Assembly (NCBI GenBank): GCA_902495005.1
Contig: CABUVL010000002.1
Span: 121,819-185,818, forward strand
Direction: 5' to 3'
DNA from: an uncultured Verrucomicrobiota bacterium
GTDB taxonomy: Bacteria; Verrucomicrobiota; Verrucomicrobiia; Opitutales; UBA9783
DNA: 64,000 bases
Positions within the stretch are counted from its first letter, which is position 1. The number at the start of each line of letters is the position of its first letter. The notes beneath the pieces were generated by a model, which did no database searches, had not been told where the DNA came from, and saw nothing but the letters and a program-made list of their open reading frames with translations. Positions 19,845-29,252 of the stretch are shown here, piece by piece. The position numbers were made by a program, and so were the translations under genes.

Positions 19845-20615
19845 ATGGATGCTCGAGGGTCAATAATTCAAGTTAGAGATTTAGTTAAGTATTATCACGA
19901 AGAGCCTGTTTTAAAAGGAGTGAGTGTTAATATTGATGAGGGCGATTTGGTGTCCATTATTGGGCCATCCGGTTGTGGCAAATCTACTTTTTTGCGCTGC
20001 TTAAACGGAATGGACAGTTTGGATAAAGGCTACATCCAAATTGATGGGATCGTGTTGGAACGTAAGTCTCCAAGGGTGTCTTTAGGCAGTGATTTTCTGC
20101 ATAAAACCCACGATTTAAGGCAGCACATTGGAATGGTTTTTCAGTCCTTTAATTTATTCCCACACAAGACCTTATTGCAAAATGTCATGTTGGCGCCCAT
20201 GATTGTTCAAAAAAAAGGACGCGACGAGGCGGAGTGCCTCGCTATGAAATTTTTGGATAAAGTGGGCTTGCGCAACTTTGCACACCGTTATCCCTTTAAT
20301 TTGTCCGGAGGCCAGCAACAACGGGGGGCCATTGCGCGTTCACTTGCCTTGTCGCCGCGAGTTATGCTGTACGATGAGCCCACGTCTTCCATTGATCCTA
20401 CGCGCGTGGATGAGGTGTTGGAGGTAATGCGCGATCTGGATCGCGAGGGGATGACACAAATCATTGTGACGCACGAAATGCGTTTTGCGAGAGATGCGTC
20501 GGACTACATTATTTACATGGAACAAGGCGAATTCATTGAAATTTCAGACGAAGATGAGATCTTTATCCATCCAAAGGATGAGCGTACACGGCAATTTTTA
20601 AAAAATTTTATGTGA
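19845..20615 (+). CDS. polar amino-acid ABC transporter ATP-binding protein
   Basis: Walker A GPSGCGKST, signature LSGGQQQR, Walker B VMLYDEPTS, H-loop VTHEM. GlnQ/HisP-like length. Confidence 0.92.
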   Translation: MDARGSIIQVRDLVKYYHEEPVLKGVSVNIDEGDLVSIIGPSGCGKSTFLRCLNGMDSLDKGYIQIDGIVLERKSPRVSLGSDFLHKTHDLRQHIGMVFQSFNLFPHKTLLQNVMLAPMIVQKKGRDEAECLAMKFLDKVGLRNFAHRYPFNLSGGQQQRGAIARSLALSPRVMLYDEPTSSIDPTRVDEVLEVMRDLDREGMTQIIVTHEMRFARDASDYIIYMEQGEFIEISDEDEIFIHPKDERTRQFLKNFM

Positions 20616-22153
20616 TGGGCAAGTTTTTTACAACAATCCTGTTTTTTTTGAGTGCTGTTTTTGCAGCAAGCGGGGAAGAAGCGCGTGTGTTGCGTTGGGG
20701 GGCCGACGCGGAGTCGGGGGTCCCCAATGTTTTTTACGATCCTCAAAATCCGGATCAGATCACGGGCTTTGAGTACGAAATCGCGGAGGCATTGGCGCGT
20801 GAAATGGGCTGCAAGCTCGAATTTTATGCCAATGACTGGGAAATGTTGGTCCCCGGCTTGCAACGTAAAGAGTACGATATATTACTGAACGGAATTGAGA
20901 GGAATGCCTGGGTAAAAATGTCGGATAAGGCGCAGGTCCGTTTATCAATCCCTTACTATATTACAAAATTACAATTGGTGTTGCCCCTTCAATCGGAGTT
21001 AAAAAGTTTTGACGAATGTGAGGGGAAGAGCATCGGTATTTTAAAACAATCGTGGACGGCAGAGCAGCTCTTGAAGCAGCTGAAGGACGTTAAAATTGTG
21101 GTTTATGACGATGAGGTTAAAGCTTTTTCAGATTTGGGCAACAAACGCTTAGAGGGAGTTCTGCTGGACCACCCGGAGTCGTTTTATTACGCCTCGATCA
21201 ATCAACAAGTTCGTTTGTTGGATGCCTCTAATTTGCGTTTGGAATACGCCGTAATGGTGCGTGCCGAAGATACTGTCCTCCTGGAGCGTATTAATCAGGC
21301 CATTGAAAAATTAAAGGCGAACGGACGATTGAGACAGATTTTGAAGGCTTGGAAGTTGTGGAATGTCGAGACGGCAGATTACTTCCGCGCCAGCTGTAAA
21401 CAAAAACGTCCGGCCCCCGCGTTTGATCATTATCGGGAGTCGGTTTGTAAAAATCAGGTGCAAGAGAAAAATTTCTACCTGACGTGCTTGCCCATTTTGT
21501 TAAAAGCCGCCTGGATGACCTTGAAATTGTCAATGACGGCGATGCTTTTTGCGATGCTCATGGGCTTTGGTTTGGCTGTTTTCCGCACCTACGCGGTAAG
21601 ACCCATTCGTTTTTTGGTGGCCGTGTACGTGGAATGTGTCCGTGGTACTCCCTTGCTGATACAGTTGTTCTTAATTTTTTATGGTTTGCCCATTTTATCG
21701 GATTATTTATCGGAGCCGTTTTGCCATTGGGTGTGCTTGCCGCCATTTCTCGCCGGTGTCATCGCTCTGGCCATTAATTACTCGGCTTATGAATGTGAGG
21801 TGTACCGCGCGGGTATTTTATCCGTACCGCGTGGCCAAATGGAGGCCGCATTGGCGTTGGGTATGTCGCGACGTCAAGCGATTTGGCACGTTATTTTCCC
21901 TCAAGCCATTCGTACGGTGATTCCTCCCGTTACAAATGATTTTATCATGCTCCTGCAAGATTCTTCGCTGGTATCCATGATTACCATTGTTGAATTAACG
22001 CGTACCTATCAGTACCTCGCCGCAACAAATTTCAATTACTTGGGGACGGGCATCCTCGTGGCCGCCATCTATTGGATGCTTGGTTTGCCGTTTGTTCATT
22101 TATCGAGACGTTTGGAAAATCGTCTTAATTTTAAGAAGTATCGGCCGCGATAA
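20612..22153 (+). CDS. fused amino-acid ABC substrate-binding protein / permease
   Basis: Signal peptide plus an SBP_bac_3-like domain (LRWGADAE...GFEYEIAEALAREMG). The C-terminal HisM/GlnP-type permease carries an EAA-like loop (EAALALGMSRRQAIWHVIFPQA). ATGA-type overlap with the ATPase gene. Confidence 0.88.
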   Translation: MMGKFFTTILFFLSAVFAASGEEARVLRWGADAESGVPNVFYDPQNPDQITGFEYEIAEALAREMGCKLEFYANDWEMLVPGLQRKEYDILLNGIERNAWVKMSDKAQVRLSIPYYITKLQLVLPLQSELKSFDECEGKSIGILKQSWTAEQLLKQLKDVKIVVYDDEVKAFSDLGNKRLEGVLLDHPESFYYASINQQVRLLDASNLRLEYAVMVRAEDTVLLERINQAIEKLKANGRLRQILKAWKLWNVETADYFRASCKQKRPAPAFDHYRESVCKNQVQEKNFYLTCLPILLKAAWMTLKLSMTAMLFAMLMGFGLAVFRTYAVRPIRFLVAVYVECVRGTPLLIQLFLIFYGLPILSDYLSEPFCHWVCLPPFLAGVIALAINYSAYECEVYRAGILSVPRGQMEAALALGMSRRQAIWHVIFPQAIRTVIPPVTNDFIMLLQDSSLVSMITIVELTRTYQYLAATNFNYLGTGILVAAIYWMLGLPFVHLSRRLENRLNFKKYRPR

Positions 22154-23037
22154 TGCAATATTTTAATCGTTACACGCGTCGTTTAGAAGAGGAAGTCATT
22201 CCAAAAGAGGGATTCATTAAATGGCTTTATTACACGCCAATGGGGCGTTGCTTCCTAAAAAACTGCATGTGCAAGGGGGTAATGTCCAAGTGGATGGGGA
22301 TTTGGATGAATACGCGTTGGAGTCGCCGATATATTTTGCCATTTGTCAAGCGCTACGGAATTGATTTGAATGATTTTGAAAAAACGCTCGGTGAGTTTTC
22401 TCATTTTAACGATTTTTTTTGTCGTAAGTTTAAGCCGGAGAAACGGCTCTTTGATGCGGATGATGGTGTCGTATGTTCGCCTGCCGAGGGACGTCATTTG
22501 GGCTTTAACTCGCTTGCCGAACTGCCCCAATTTTTTGTGAAGGGCGAATCGATGGATTTGGCAGGTTTGTTGGGCTCGCGTGAAATGGCAGACAAATTTA
22601 GCCGTGCCAGTGTTGTCATCAGCCGCTTGAGCCCCGTCGACTACCACCGTTTTCATTTTCCGTTAAGTGGGGTCCCATCGGCCAGTCAATTGATTAATGG
22701 TTACTTGTTCTCAGTCCATCCATTGGCCTTGAAAAAGAATATCGCAATTTTTTTGAAAAATAAACGTTGGGTCAGCGTCTTGAATAATCCAAGCTTGGGC
22801 GAAATTTGCATGGTTGAAGTGGGCGCGACGGGAATTGGTTCGACCGTTCAGACCTATGTGCCGAATGAATTTGTGCATAAAGGACAGGAGAAGGGGTATT
22901 TTTGTTTCGGGGGCTCGACCGTGATTACCTTGTTCGCCTCGGATAAAATTCAATTGGCGGCCGATCTGTTGGAACAGACGAAACGTGGTTATGAATTATA
23001 CGTTCACTGTGGGGATGCCATCGCGCGGGTATGCTAA
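22153..23037 (+). CDS. psd: phosphatidylserine decarboxylase proenzyme
   Basis: Autocleavage motif FCFGGSTV near the C-terminus plus SPVDYHRFHFP. Overlaps the upstream stop by 1 nt. Confidence 0.9.
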   Translation: MQYFNRYTRRLEEEVIPKEGFIKWLYYTPMGRCFLKNCMCKGVMSKWMGIWMNTRWSRRYILPFVKRYGIDLNDFEKTLGEFSHFNDFFCRKFKPEKRLFDADDGVVCSPAEGRHLGFNSLAELPQFFVKGESMDLAGLLGSREMADKFSRASVVISRLSPVDYHRFHFPLSGVPSASQLINGYLFSVHPLALKKNIAIFLKNKRWVSVLNNPSLGEICMVEVGATGIGSTVQTYVPNEFVHKGQEKGYFCFGGSTVITLFASDKIQLAADLLEQTKRGYELYVHCGDAIARVC

Positions 23038-23475
23038 AGCGTAATCCGCTGGGCTTGTTTCGCTAAATACTGTACCCCGGTATTACATGAAAATGGCTGG
23101 CAACAGGCCTGTGCCTTATCCGACATTTTACCCAAGCATTTCTGACTTCGTTCAGTAAGGTGTTGTGGTAATCTTACTGTCGTAAGATTAAATTGTTTTT
23201 GATTGAATATGAGATGATTAACAAATTTCTTATGAGCCTTGCTCCACATGAATTTGGCGGTTTCATCTTAGCTCATTGACCTTTGTTAAGTACACCTTTG
23301 TGATCGGTTGTTGTACATTCGGTGGTTTCATGTACGACGAGAATATCATTGCTGATACGCGATGATTCTGGGGCTTTGTCCAAGCGAGTAAGTGCTTTTG
23401 TAAAAATTTATGTGTAATTACTTGATTTTTTTAAAAGAATTTCGCAGTATGATCTACGTTATTTGTAAAAGCGAT

Positions 23476-23551
<76 letters not shown>

Positions 23552-23553
23552 GT

Positions 23554-23628
23554 GCCGGCTTAGCTCAGTGGTAGAGCACCCGCCTTGTAAGCGGACGGTC
23601 ATCAGTTCAACTCTGATAGCCGGCTCCA
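23554..23628 (+). tRNA. tRNA-Thr (TGT)
   Basis: Starts 2 nt after tRNA-Lys. Acceptor GCCGGCT/AGCCGGC, anticodon loop CTTGTAA, T-loop TTCAACT, encoded CCA. Confidence 0.9.
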
Positions 23629-23943
23629 TCTACGCTGAGATTAATTAGGATAGCTGCGTGATTGGGACAGTGTTGTTTTAGGCGTGAGGCCCGGTTTGTT
23701 GATTGCTTTTGTGATTAAGGGGGTTTTCTTTGTAGGGTTCTAAAGAGTAGGGGCTTATTGTGAATTTCTGCCCTAATGTGAACATATTAATTAAAGAGGC
23801 AGGACTTAGAAGAGGGGTGCAAGCGATTTTAAAAGGGTTCAGGGCCCGATCTTGAAAAAGGAGGGGGGAACTCGCTTTTTTGAACCATCTGTTTTTGCCT
23901 ATTGCCCGATGAGAGTCTTTATATTCTTGTCAAAAACAATAAA

Positions 23944-25158
23944 ATGTTTTTGTCTCCCAATATTATGTCGATGAAAAGACCTTTAAAGGAACCTATTACT
24001 TGGATTATTTTTGTATTGATATTTTGCGTGTTGAGTTATGCGTCGTTGCCGTTATCGTTTGTCCGCTTCTCTTTGACGATCAGCGTAATGTTGAAAAATA
24101 TTTTGTTGTTCTTTATCCCATTTTTGATCTTTAGTGGAACTGCGAGTGCGTTGTCTGCATTTAAGGGGAATGGAGTGCAGTTCGTTGTGACGATGATGAC
24201 AATCATTATTATGTCCAATTTTTGTAACGTGATGTTTTCGGGACTCATCGGCTATTATTTAATTCCTTTAACGAGTGTTGCCGGCCAAAGTATCCCTTTG
24301 GTGGATACCCAATGCAGCATTAAACCTTTTTTTACCTTTCAATTACCGTGCTTATTGCCCAATACTTGGGCATTAATAGGGGGCCTCGCGGTGGGCATAT
24401 TGACGTCGTGTTTCCACTGGTCAAAAGTGCAAAGAGGTGTCAAATCATTGCACAAGTTGGTAATGCAGTGCATGTTGAAAGGATTTATCCCACTGCTTCC
24501 GTTTTTCCTCATGGGCTTTATCCTAAAATTATTGTTGGAAGGACAAATGTTTTACTTTGTCGCGACCAATGCCAAGTCGTGCGTGTTAATGATTGTTGTA
24601 CTCTTTCTTTATTTGTCTCTGTGGCTCGTAATGGCAGGTCGTTGCTCCAGAATGCCATTGGGGCTTATTTTGCGAAATATTTTTCCGGCGATGATGACGG
24701 GGGCCAGTACCATGTCCAGTGCAGCCGCCCTTCCGTTTTCAATTGAAGCGGCCACGAAAAACACAAAAGACCCCGTTTTGGCCAATGCCGTGATGCCGAT
24801 TTCCTTGAATTTTCACATGGTAGGAGACACAATTTGCATCCCCATTTTGGCCATGATCATCATGAACACATTTTCGTACCCGATGCCCGATTTTTTAACG
24901 CTGATCACTTTTGGATTTTGCTTCGTGTTGAATAAGTTCGCCGGTGCGGGTATCCCAGGCGGGACTATTATGGTCTCATTGCCTATTTTGCAAAATTATT
25001 TCGGATTTAGTGAAGAGATGCTCGCGTTGATTACAGCGTTTTACATGCTCATTGATCCAATGACTACCTTGGGAAATGTAACGGCGAACAACTTGCTCGT
25101 CGTATTTATCAATCGTTGTTGGGGACATAAAAAACGTAGAGCGGCGAGTAAAGCTTGA
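23944..25158 (+). CDS. dicarboxylate/amino acid:cation symporter (DAACS/SDF family)
   Basis: Polytopic membrane protein with the family motif GASTMSSAAALPF and GIPGGTIM. The track start at 23902 is TTG; the first ATG is 23944, with further ATGs at 23965 and 23971. Confidence 0.85.
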   Translation: MFLSPNIMSMKRPLKEPITWIIFVLIFCVLSYASLPLSFVRFSLTISVMLKNILLFFIPFLIFSGTASALSAFKGNGVQFVVTMMTIIIMSNFCNVMFSGLIGYYLIPLTSVAGQSIPLVDTQCSIKPFFTFQLPCLLPNTWALIGGLAVGILTSCFHWSKVQRGVKSLHKLVMQCMLKGFIPLLPFFLMGFILKLLLEGQMFYFVATNAKSCVLMIVVLFLYLSLWLVMAGRCSRMPLGLILRNIFPAMMTGASTMSSAAALPFSIEAATKNTKDPVLANAVMPISLNFHMVGDTICIPILAMIIMNTFSYPMPDFLTLITFGFCFVLNKFAGAGIPGGTIMVSLPILQNYFGFSEEMLALITAFYMLIDPMTTLGNVTANNLLVVFINRCWGHKKRRAASKA

Positions 25159-25748
25159 TAATCGGCAAGGAGCGCCCGACTTTTACGCTGATGCATTTCC
25201 TTAACCTACGTTGATTTTTTTACAATCGACGGAAGGGCTGTTTGTTGACACAAGCGCACTTCAAGATTAACGAGCGATTGAAAAATCCTTAATAAGGTTG
25301 AGGAATCTGCCTTGTGTCCCGTGGCTTGCTTAAGCTTGATTGATTAAGGGAATGATACAGATGCACTTTGCTGTCCAATAATGTGCGTATCTCTGCTTTT
25401 TTTATAACAGGAAATCGTCATGGATTTGTTCCTTTAGAAAAATAAGGTGGGAAGGCGCTTTATTCTTTTTGCATGAGCCGGCCGTTATAAGTTGAAACTG
25501 TTTTCAAGCGGATGAATAGGGAGTGAAATGTTTTTACTTCGCTCGAGTTGTCTTTTGTGGGGGGTACCAACGGTTTTTCCTCAGATTTAGTTCTTGATAA
25601 GTCAATTAGAAATTCGGTGCGTTGTTTATTGTCGCAAAAGTTGGGTCGAGCTAAGCATTAAACAGGAATTTTGGCGCTTTTTAAAAATTTTTAATACGTT
25701 TCTTAAGGTGCACTTTTTAAAACTGGCACGGCCCGTGCTTTATATAAA

Positions 25749-25763
25749 GATGTCAATCTAATT
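25749..25763. repeat. 15-bp direct repeat, copy 1 (ATGTCAATCTAATTG)
   Basis: Matches 25919-25933 at 14 of 15 positions. The two copies bracket a 155-bp hairpin-rich segment in an ORF-free spacer. Confidence 0.5.
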
Positions 25764-25918
25764 GATACCGCTAACACCTAAGGTGATATAACCAAAATAC
25801 CGGCGACGGATGCTAAGTTTTGTGTCATCGTAAGGGTTGCTCTCGATCCGTCGCGCGGTAGAAAGAAACTAGTTTAATACCGCTTCCCTCATAGGATATT
25901 GAGGTCAAAAAAACTAAA

Positions 25919-25933
25919 AATGTCAATTTAATT
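25919..25933. repeat. 15-bp direct repeat, copy 2 (ATGTCAATTTAATTG)
   Basis: See copy 1. Lies 16 nt from the stop of the ATPase gene at 25950. Confidence 0.5.
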
Positions 25934-25949
25934 GTAAAAAATTTTTGAA

Positions 25950-27080
25950 TTAATAAAATGTAAACTGTGCCCTACGTGAAAGGACATGTGTATCGTGACA
26001 TTCTGGACAGAATACGTGTGGTTTGCAATGAGGGCAAGGTACGGGTATTAAGGTTTGCCAAGCAATGCCACTTAAAAAGTGGGAGGGTGCGTGGTAGCCC
26101 CAATTGCCCAAACGTTTTAGTACGGAGGCACTGTCGCTTGCGTGCATGGTGGCGATAACGCAGTGGCCGGTAAGGGCGGCGTTAATGGCCAAAGTTAGAA
26201 GGGTAGACTCACGAATTTCTCCGATGCCAAGAACGTCTACACTTTGGCGCAGTAGGTGTCTTAAGATGTCATCAACGTTAGCGTTGGGCAAAAGATTGAT
26301 TTGTGTAAAAGCATCATTGGGAATCTCGATGGGATTCTCCAAGCTTACAACCCGTTTGTTGCTTTTACAAAGCTCGTGTAGAATGCTGTAATACGTGGTC
26401 GTTTTCCCATTGCCGATGGGACCGGTGATGAGCCACAGGCCCTGGGGATTGTGACGCATTTTTTGAATGAAAGGTGATTGTTCAAGGCCCAATTGAGAGA
26501 GTGAAAAATTATTTTGTATGTCTTGTGGGAGAAGCCGCAGGACAAGGCTTTCGCCGTACAGAGAAGGTAAGCATGAGAGCCTGCAGTTTATGTGAATTTG
26601 TGTGTGATGAATGGTGATGTGGCCATCTTGCGGCATTTGCTTTTGATTGGGGTCAAGGTGGGCGTTGATTTTTAAGAAATTGGTTAAATTTACGTACGTT
26701 TGCCTGTCAAGTGCTTGCACATCCATCAATTGCCCTTGTCGTCGAAATCGAACTTGTACGTTTGTTTTTCTTGGCTCGAAGTGCAAGTCAGAACACTTTT
26801 GTGCGTAGGCGTCAGAGATGAGTTTCCCTACAAATGTGTGGAGGGGGCCAAGCCCTTGAGTGGAACTGGTTTTTTGATGCGTTAAAAAATGTTGGATGTT
26901 GTCTTCCAATGTAATCGCAGGGGTGTAAATGGGAATGATTTGTTTGTGCAATTGTTGGCTCAGCAAGCTTAAAAATGAAACTGTGTGGGGCGTTGGATTT
27001 TGCGAAATGCCGACGGTGATATGCTTTTCATTTTCGTGAAGCGGCAATATCTTGTGTTGTAGCAGCTTGCGTAGGTCCAT
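25950..27080 (-). CDS. GspE/PilB/ComGA-family secretion ATPase (short, orphan)
   Basis: 376 aa with a short GSPII_E_N-like N-terminus, PQDGHITI, Walker A GPIGNGKTT, LENPIE, His box GHCVIATMHASDS, and tetracysteine CPHC...CPEC. Confidence 0.85.
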   Translation of the reverse strand: MDLRKLLQHKILPLHENEKHITVGISQNPTPHTVSFLSLLSQQLHKQIIPIYTPAITLEDNIQHFLTHQKTSSTQGLGPLHTFVGKLISDAYAQKCSDLHFEPRKTNVQVRFRRQGQLMDVQALDRQTYVNLTNFLKINAHLDPNQKQMPQDGHITIHHTQIHINCRLSCLPSLYGESLVLRLLPQDIQNNFSLSQLGLEQSPFIQKMRHNPQGLWLITGPIGNGKTTTYYSILHELCKSNKRVVSLENPIEIPNDAFTQINLLPNANVDDILRHLLRQSVDVLGIGEIRESTLLTLAINAALTGHCVIATMHASDSASVLKRLGNWGYHAPSHFLSGIAWQTLIPVPCPHCKPHVFCPECHDTHVLSRRAQFTFY

Positions 27081-27193
27081 ATCGTGTTAACTGTGAGTAA
27101 TAAATTTCCATGGATGGGGGGATTGTTCAACATTTATTTTTGCATTTTAAGGTGGTCTTTTGGCGACAAACGTAAACAATCAACAATTGTTTT

Positions 27194-27829
27194 ATGGACG
27201 TCGCATTAATTTCGAAACAGCTGCTTTATTTTTTACTTTTATTCATTAGCTTGACTATTCACGAATGGGCACACGCGTGGATGGCCAACAAATTGGGGGA
27301 TCCGACCCCTCGTGCGGATGGACGTGTATCCTTGAACCCATTGGTTCACGTGGATCCAATGGGTACGATCCTATTTCCCATCATTTGTCTGTTCATATCT
27401 TCTGGATTTATATTCGGATGGGGGAAGCCGGTTGCCATCAACCCGCAGTATTTTAAACGTCCTAAATTGGGAGAATTACTCGTCGGAAGCGCGGGCATAT
27501 GGGGCAATCTGATCATTTGTTTAGTGAGCAGCATTGTCTTGGCCTTTTGTCCATTCGTGGGCACGTTGGCGTACACAATGTTAAGTTTAAATGTGTTTTT
27601 AATCGTATTTAACTTCTTGCCGATACCATCATTGGATGGTTTTTACGTGTTTAAATATTTTTTTAACTTTTCTGAATCGCTCATTCGTGTTTTGGAAGAT
27701 TGGGGCTTTATCATTTTGTTGGTTTTAATCAATGTGCCGATCGTAAGGCATGTGCTGTGGACCCTCATTCAATACTTGCTTTCCTTCTTCGTGGGACTGA
27801 GTGTCAACCTGCAGCTATGGTTAAGATAA
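27194..27829 (+). CDS. site-2 protease family (peptidase M50) membrane metalloprotease
   Basis: HExxH inside a TM segment (TIHEWAHAWMA) and a second TM motif NFLPIPSLDG. Several TM segments. Confidence 0.85.
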   Translation: MDVALISKQLLYFLLLFISLTIHEWAHAWMANKLGDPTPRADGRVSLNPLVHVDPMGTILFPIICLFISSGFIFGWGKPVAINPQYFKRPKLGELLVGSAGIWGNLIICLVSSIVLAFCPFVGTLAYTMLSLNVFLIVFNFLPIPSLDGFYVFKYFFNFSESLIRVLEDWGFIILLVLINVPIVRHVLWTLIQYLLSFFVGLSVNLQLWLR

Positions 27830-28125
27830 TTGTCGTTTATTGCTGCCTTTGTGTGTTTGTCTGCCCACTTTATGCGAAGCGTATTCCATTAAGCGTTGTT
27901 GTTAACCAGCACAATCGAATTAATGTTGCCAGCTTGAAGCGCGCTCCTTCTCAAAAGTGGATCAACCAATTTCAAGGTAGGCGTGAGCTTAAGAAAAACA
28001 AACGTTGTTTGTGGCTTCATGCGGGGGATGAGGATATCCGTCCGTTGCAGTTTAGGCAAGCTCGACAATCCGCACTTCTCTTCAGGAAGAAAGGTAAATT
28101 GTTGCAGAAAAACACGTCACGTTGA
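27819..28125 (+). CDS. hypothetical small protein with N-terminal hydrophobic segment
   Basis: ATG 27819 overlaps the M50 stop. The 102-aa product begins MVKIIVVYCCLCVFVCPLYA and is basic. No recognisable domain. Confidence 0.3.
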
Positions 28126-28423
28126 TCAACGCCTGTAATGTATGGGGCCGGTGTGTTGGTGCCTTCGTTTTAGAGAATGTCCTGCGGTGAGCTAGAATAT
28201 TATTGCTGGAGGAAGAAAATTTGTCCAATGATGCAATCGTTAAAAACGTTTTTTCGGTCGTTGGTGAGCTTGAAATAGTTTTAATGCCGCCCATAGACTT
28301 AGACGAGGGGGTGAGAAACTTCTACGGGTCGCATGTGCAAAAATGAAGTTCGTGGCCCTGTTGAATGGACCGACGTTTTAGGGGTTGTTAGTTGACACGG
28401 CTTTAAATGTCCTTAAGCGCGGC

Positions 28424-29131
28424 TTACTCTAGCTTGGACAAGTCCCATGGAGCTTCGACTTGCACGGAAAAATGCATTTGTTCCAACGTAAGATCGATGG
28501 CGTAGGCGTGTAGGTACAGTTGTCTTAAATGTAGAGACCGATTCAATGAAAAATCGCCGTAGGTTTTGTCGCCCAATATGGGATAATGCCGCGAGGCACA
28601 TTGGATGCGTAATTGGTGCGTACGTCCTGTTTTTGGGCGCAAGGTAATTTGAGTGCAAGTGATCCCATTTAATGTGATTGAACGGTCAACGGAAACCTCT
28701 GTCTGAGCCCAGAGCCCATCGTGTTGGCAATGTGATCGCAGTTGTTGTTTGGCATTTTTTTCAATTGAGATGCGATCGGTCCATGTGAGGGGAGCTTTAG
28801 CCGTTAGATGCCCTTTGATGACGGCCGTGTACGTTTTTTTTACTTGGTGATTTCGAAACATTTCACGTATTTTCTGGGCAACGTGAAAATTGCTCGACAA
28901 CAGTAAGATGCCGGAAGTGGGGCTGTCCAAGCGGTTGAGTAAGTAAATGCATTGTTGGTCGTCTAATACGTAGGCTTCACGTTTAAGATCGTAGGGGGCT
29001 AAGAGGATACTGTTGTTGACTTTGTGATCGGATGAGTTCGGATGTGACAGCAAGTCATTGGGCTTGTAAATCGCGATGATGTCAGCTTGTTGTTGGATGA
29101 GTCGAACCTTTGAATGCCAAGGAATATGCAT
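28424..29131 (-). CDS. RluA-family pseudouridine synthase
   Basis: Catalytic motif LNRLDSPTSGILLLS (HRLDxxTSG-type Asp) and RTHQLRIQCA. Confidence 0.88.
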   Translation of the reverse strand: MHIPWHSKVRLIQQQADIIAIYKPNDLLSHPNSSDHKVNNSILLAPYDLKREAYVLDDQQCIYLLNRLDSPTSGILLLSSNFHVAQKIREMFRNHQVKKTYTAVIKGHLTAKAPLTWTDRISIEKNAKQQLRSHCQHDGLWAQTEVSVDRSITLNGITCTQITLRPKTGRTHQLRIQCASRHYPILGDKTYGDFSLNRSLHLRQLYLHAYAIDLTLEQMHFSVQVEAPWDLSKLE

Positions 29132-29252
29132 GAGTCTGCAAGAGAATTACGTGATTACCGGGCATGGGTGCAATCTTATTTTGCAAGTTTTGAAAAAAAA
29201 GACTATCACGTTGACAGAATTGTGAGAAAACTTTGAATAGAAGAAGGCGATT

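Noticed and set aside
25159-25949. tmRNA, RNase P RNA or SRP RNA hidden in the 0.8-kb ORF-free spacer.
   Set aside because: None of the conserved landmarks was seen on either strand: the GGGGCTGA 5' end with a tRNA-like TCCACCA 3' end and tag ORF for tmRNA, the GAGGAAAGTCC-type P4 sequence for RNase P, or the SRP domain IV motif. It is kept only as an unspecified sRNA or element candidate.
27700-27818. Upstream part of the 141-aa ORF 27700-28125.
   Set aside because: This portion lies inside the M50 protease gene in another frame. Only the segment from ATG 27819 onward is non-overlapping, and even that is called with low confidence.
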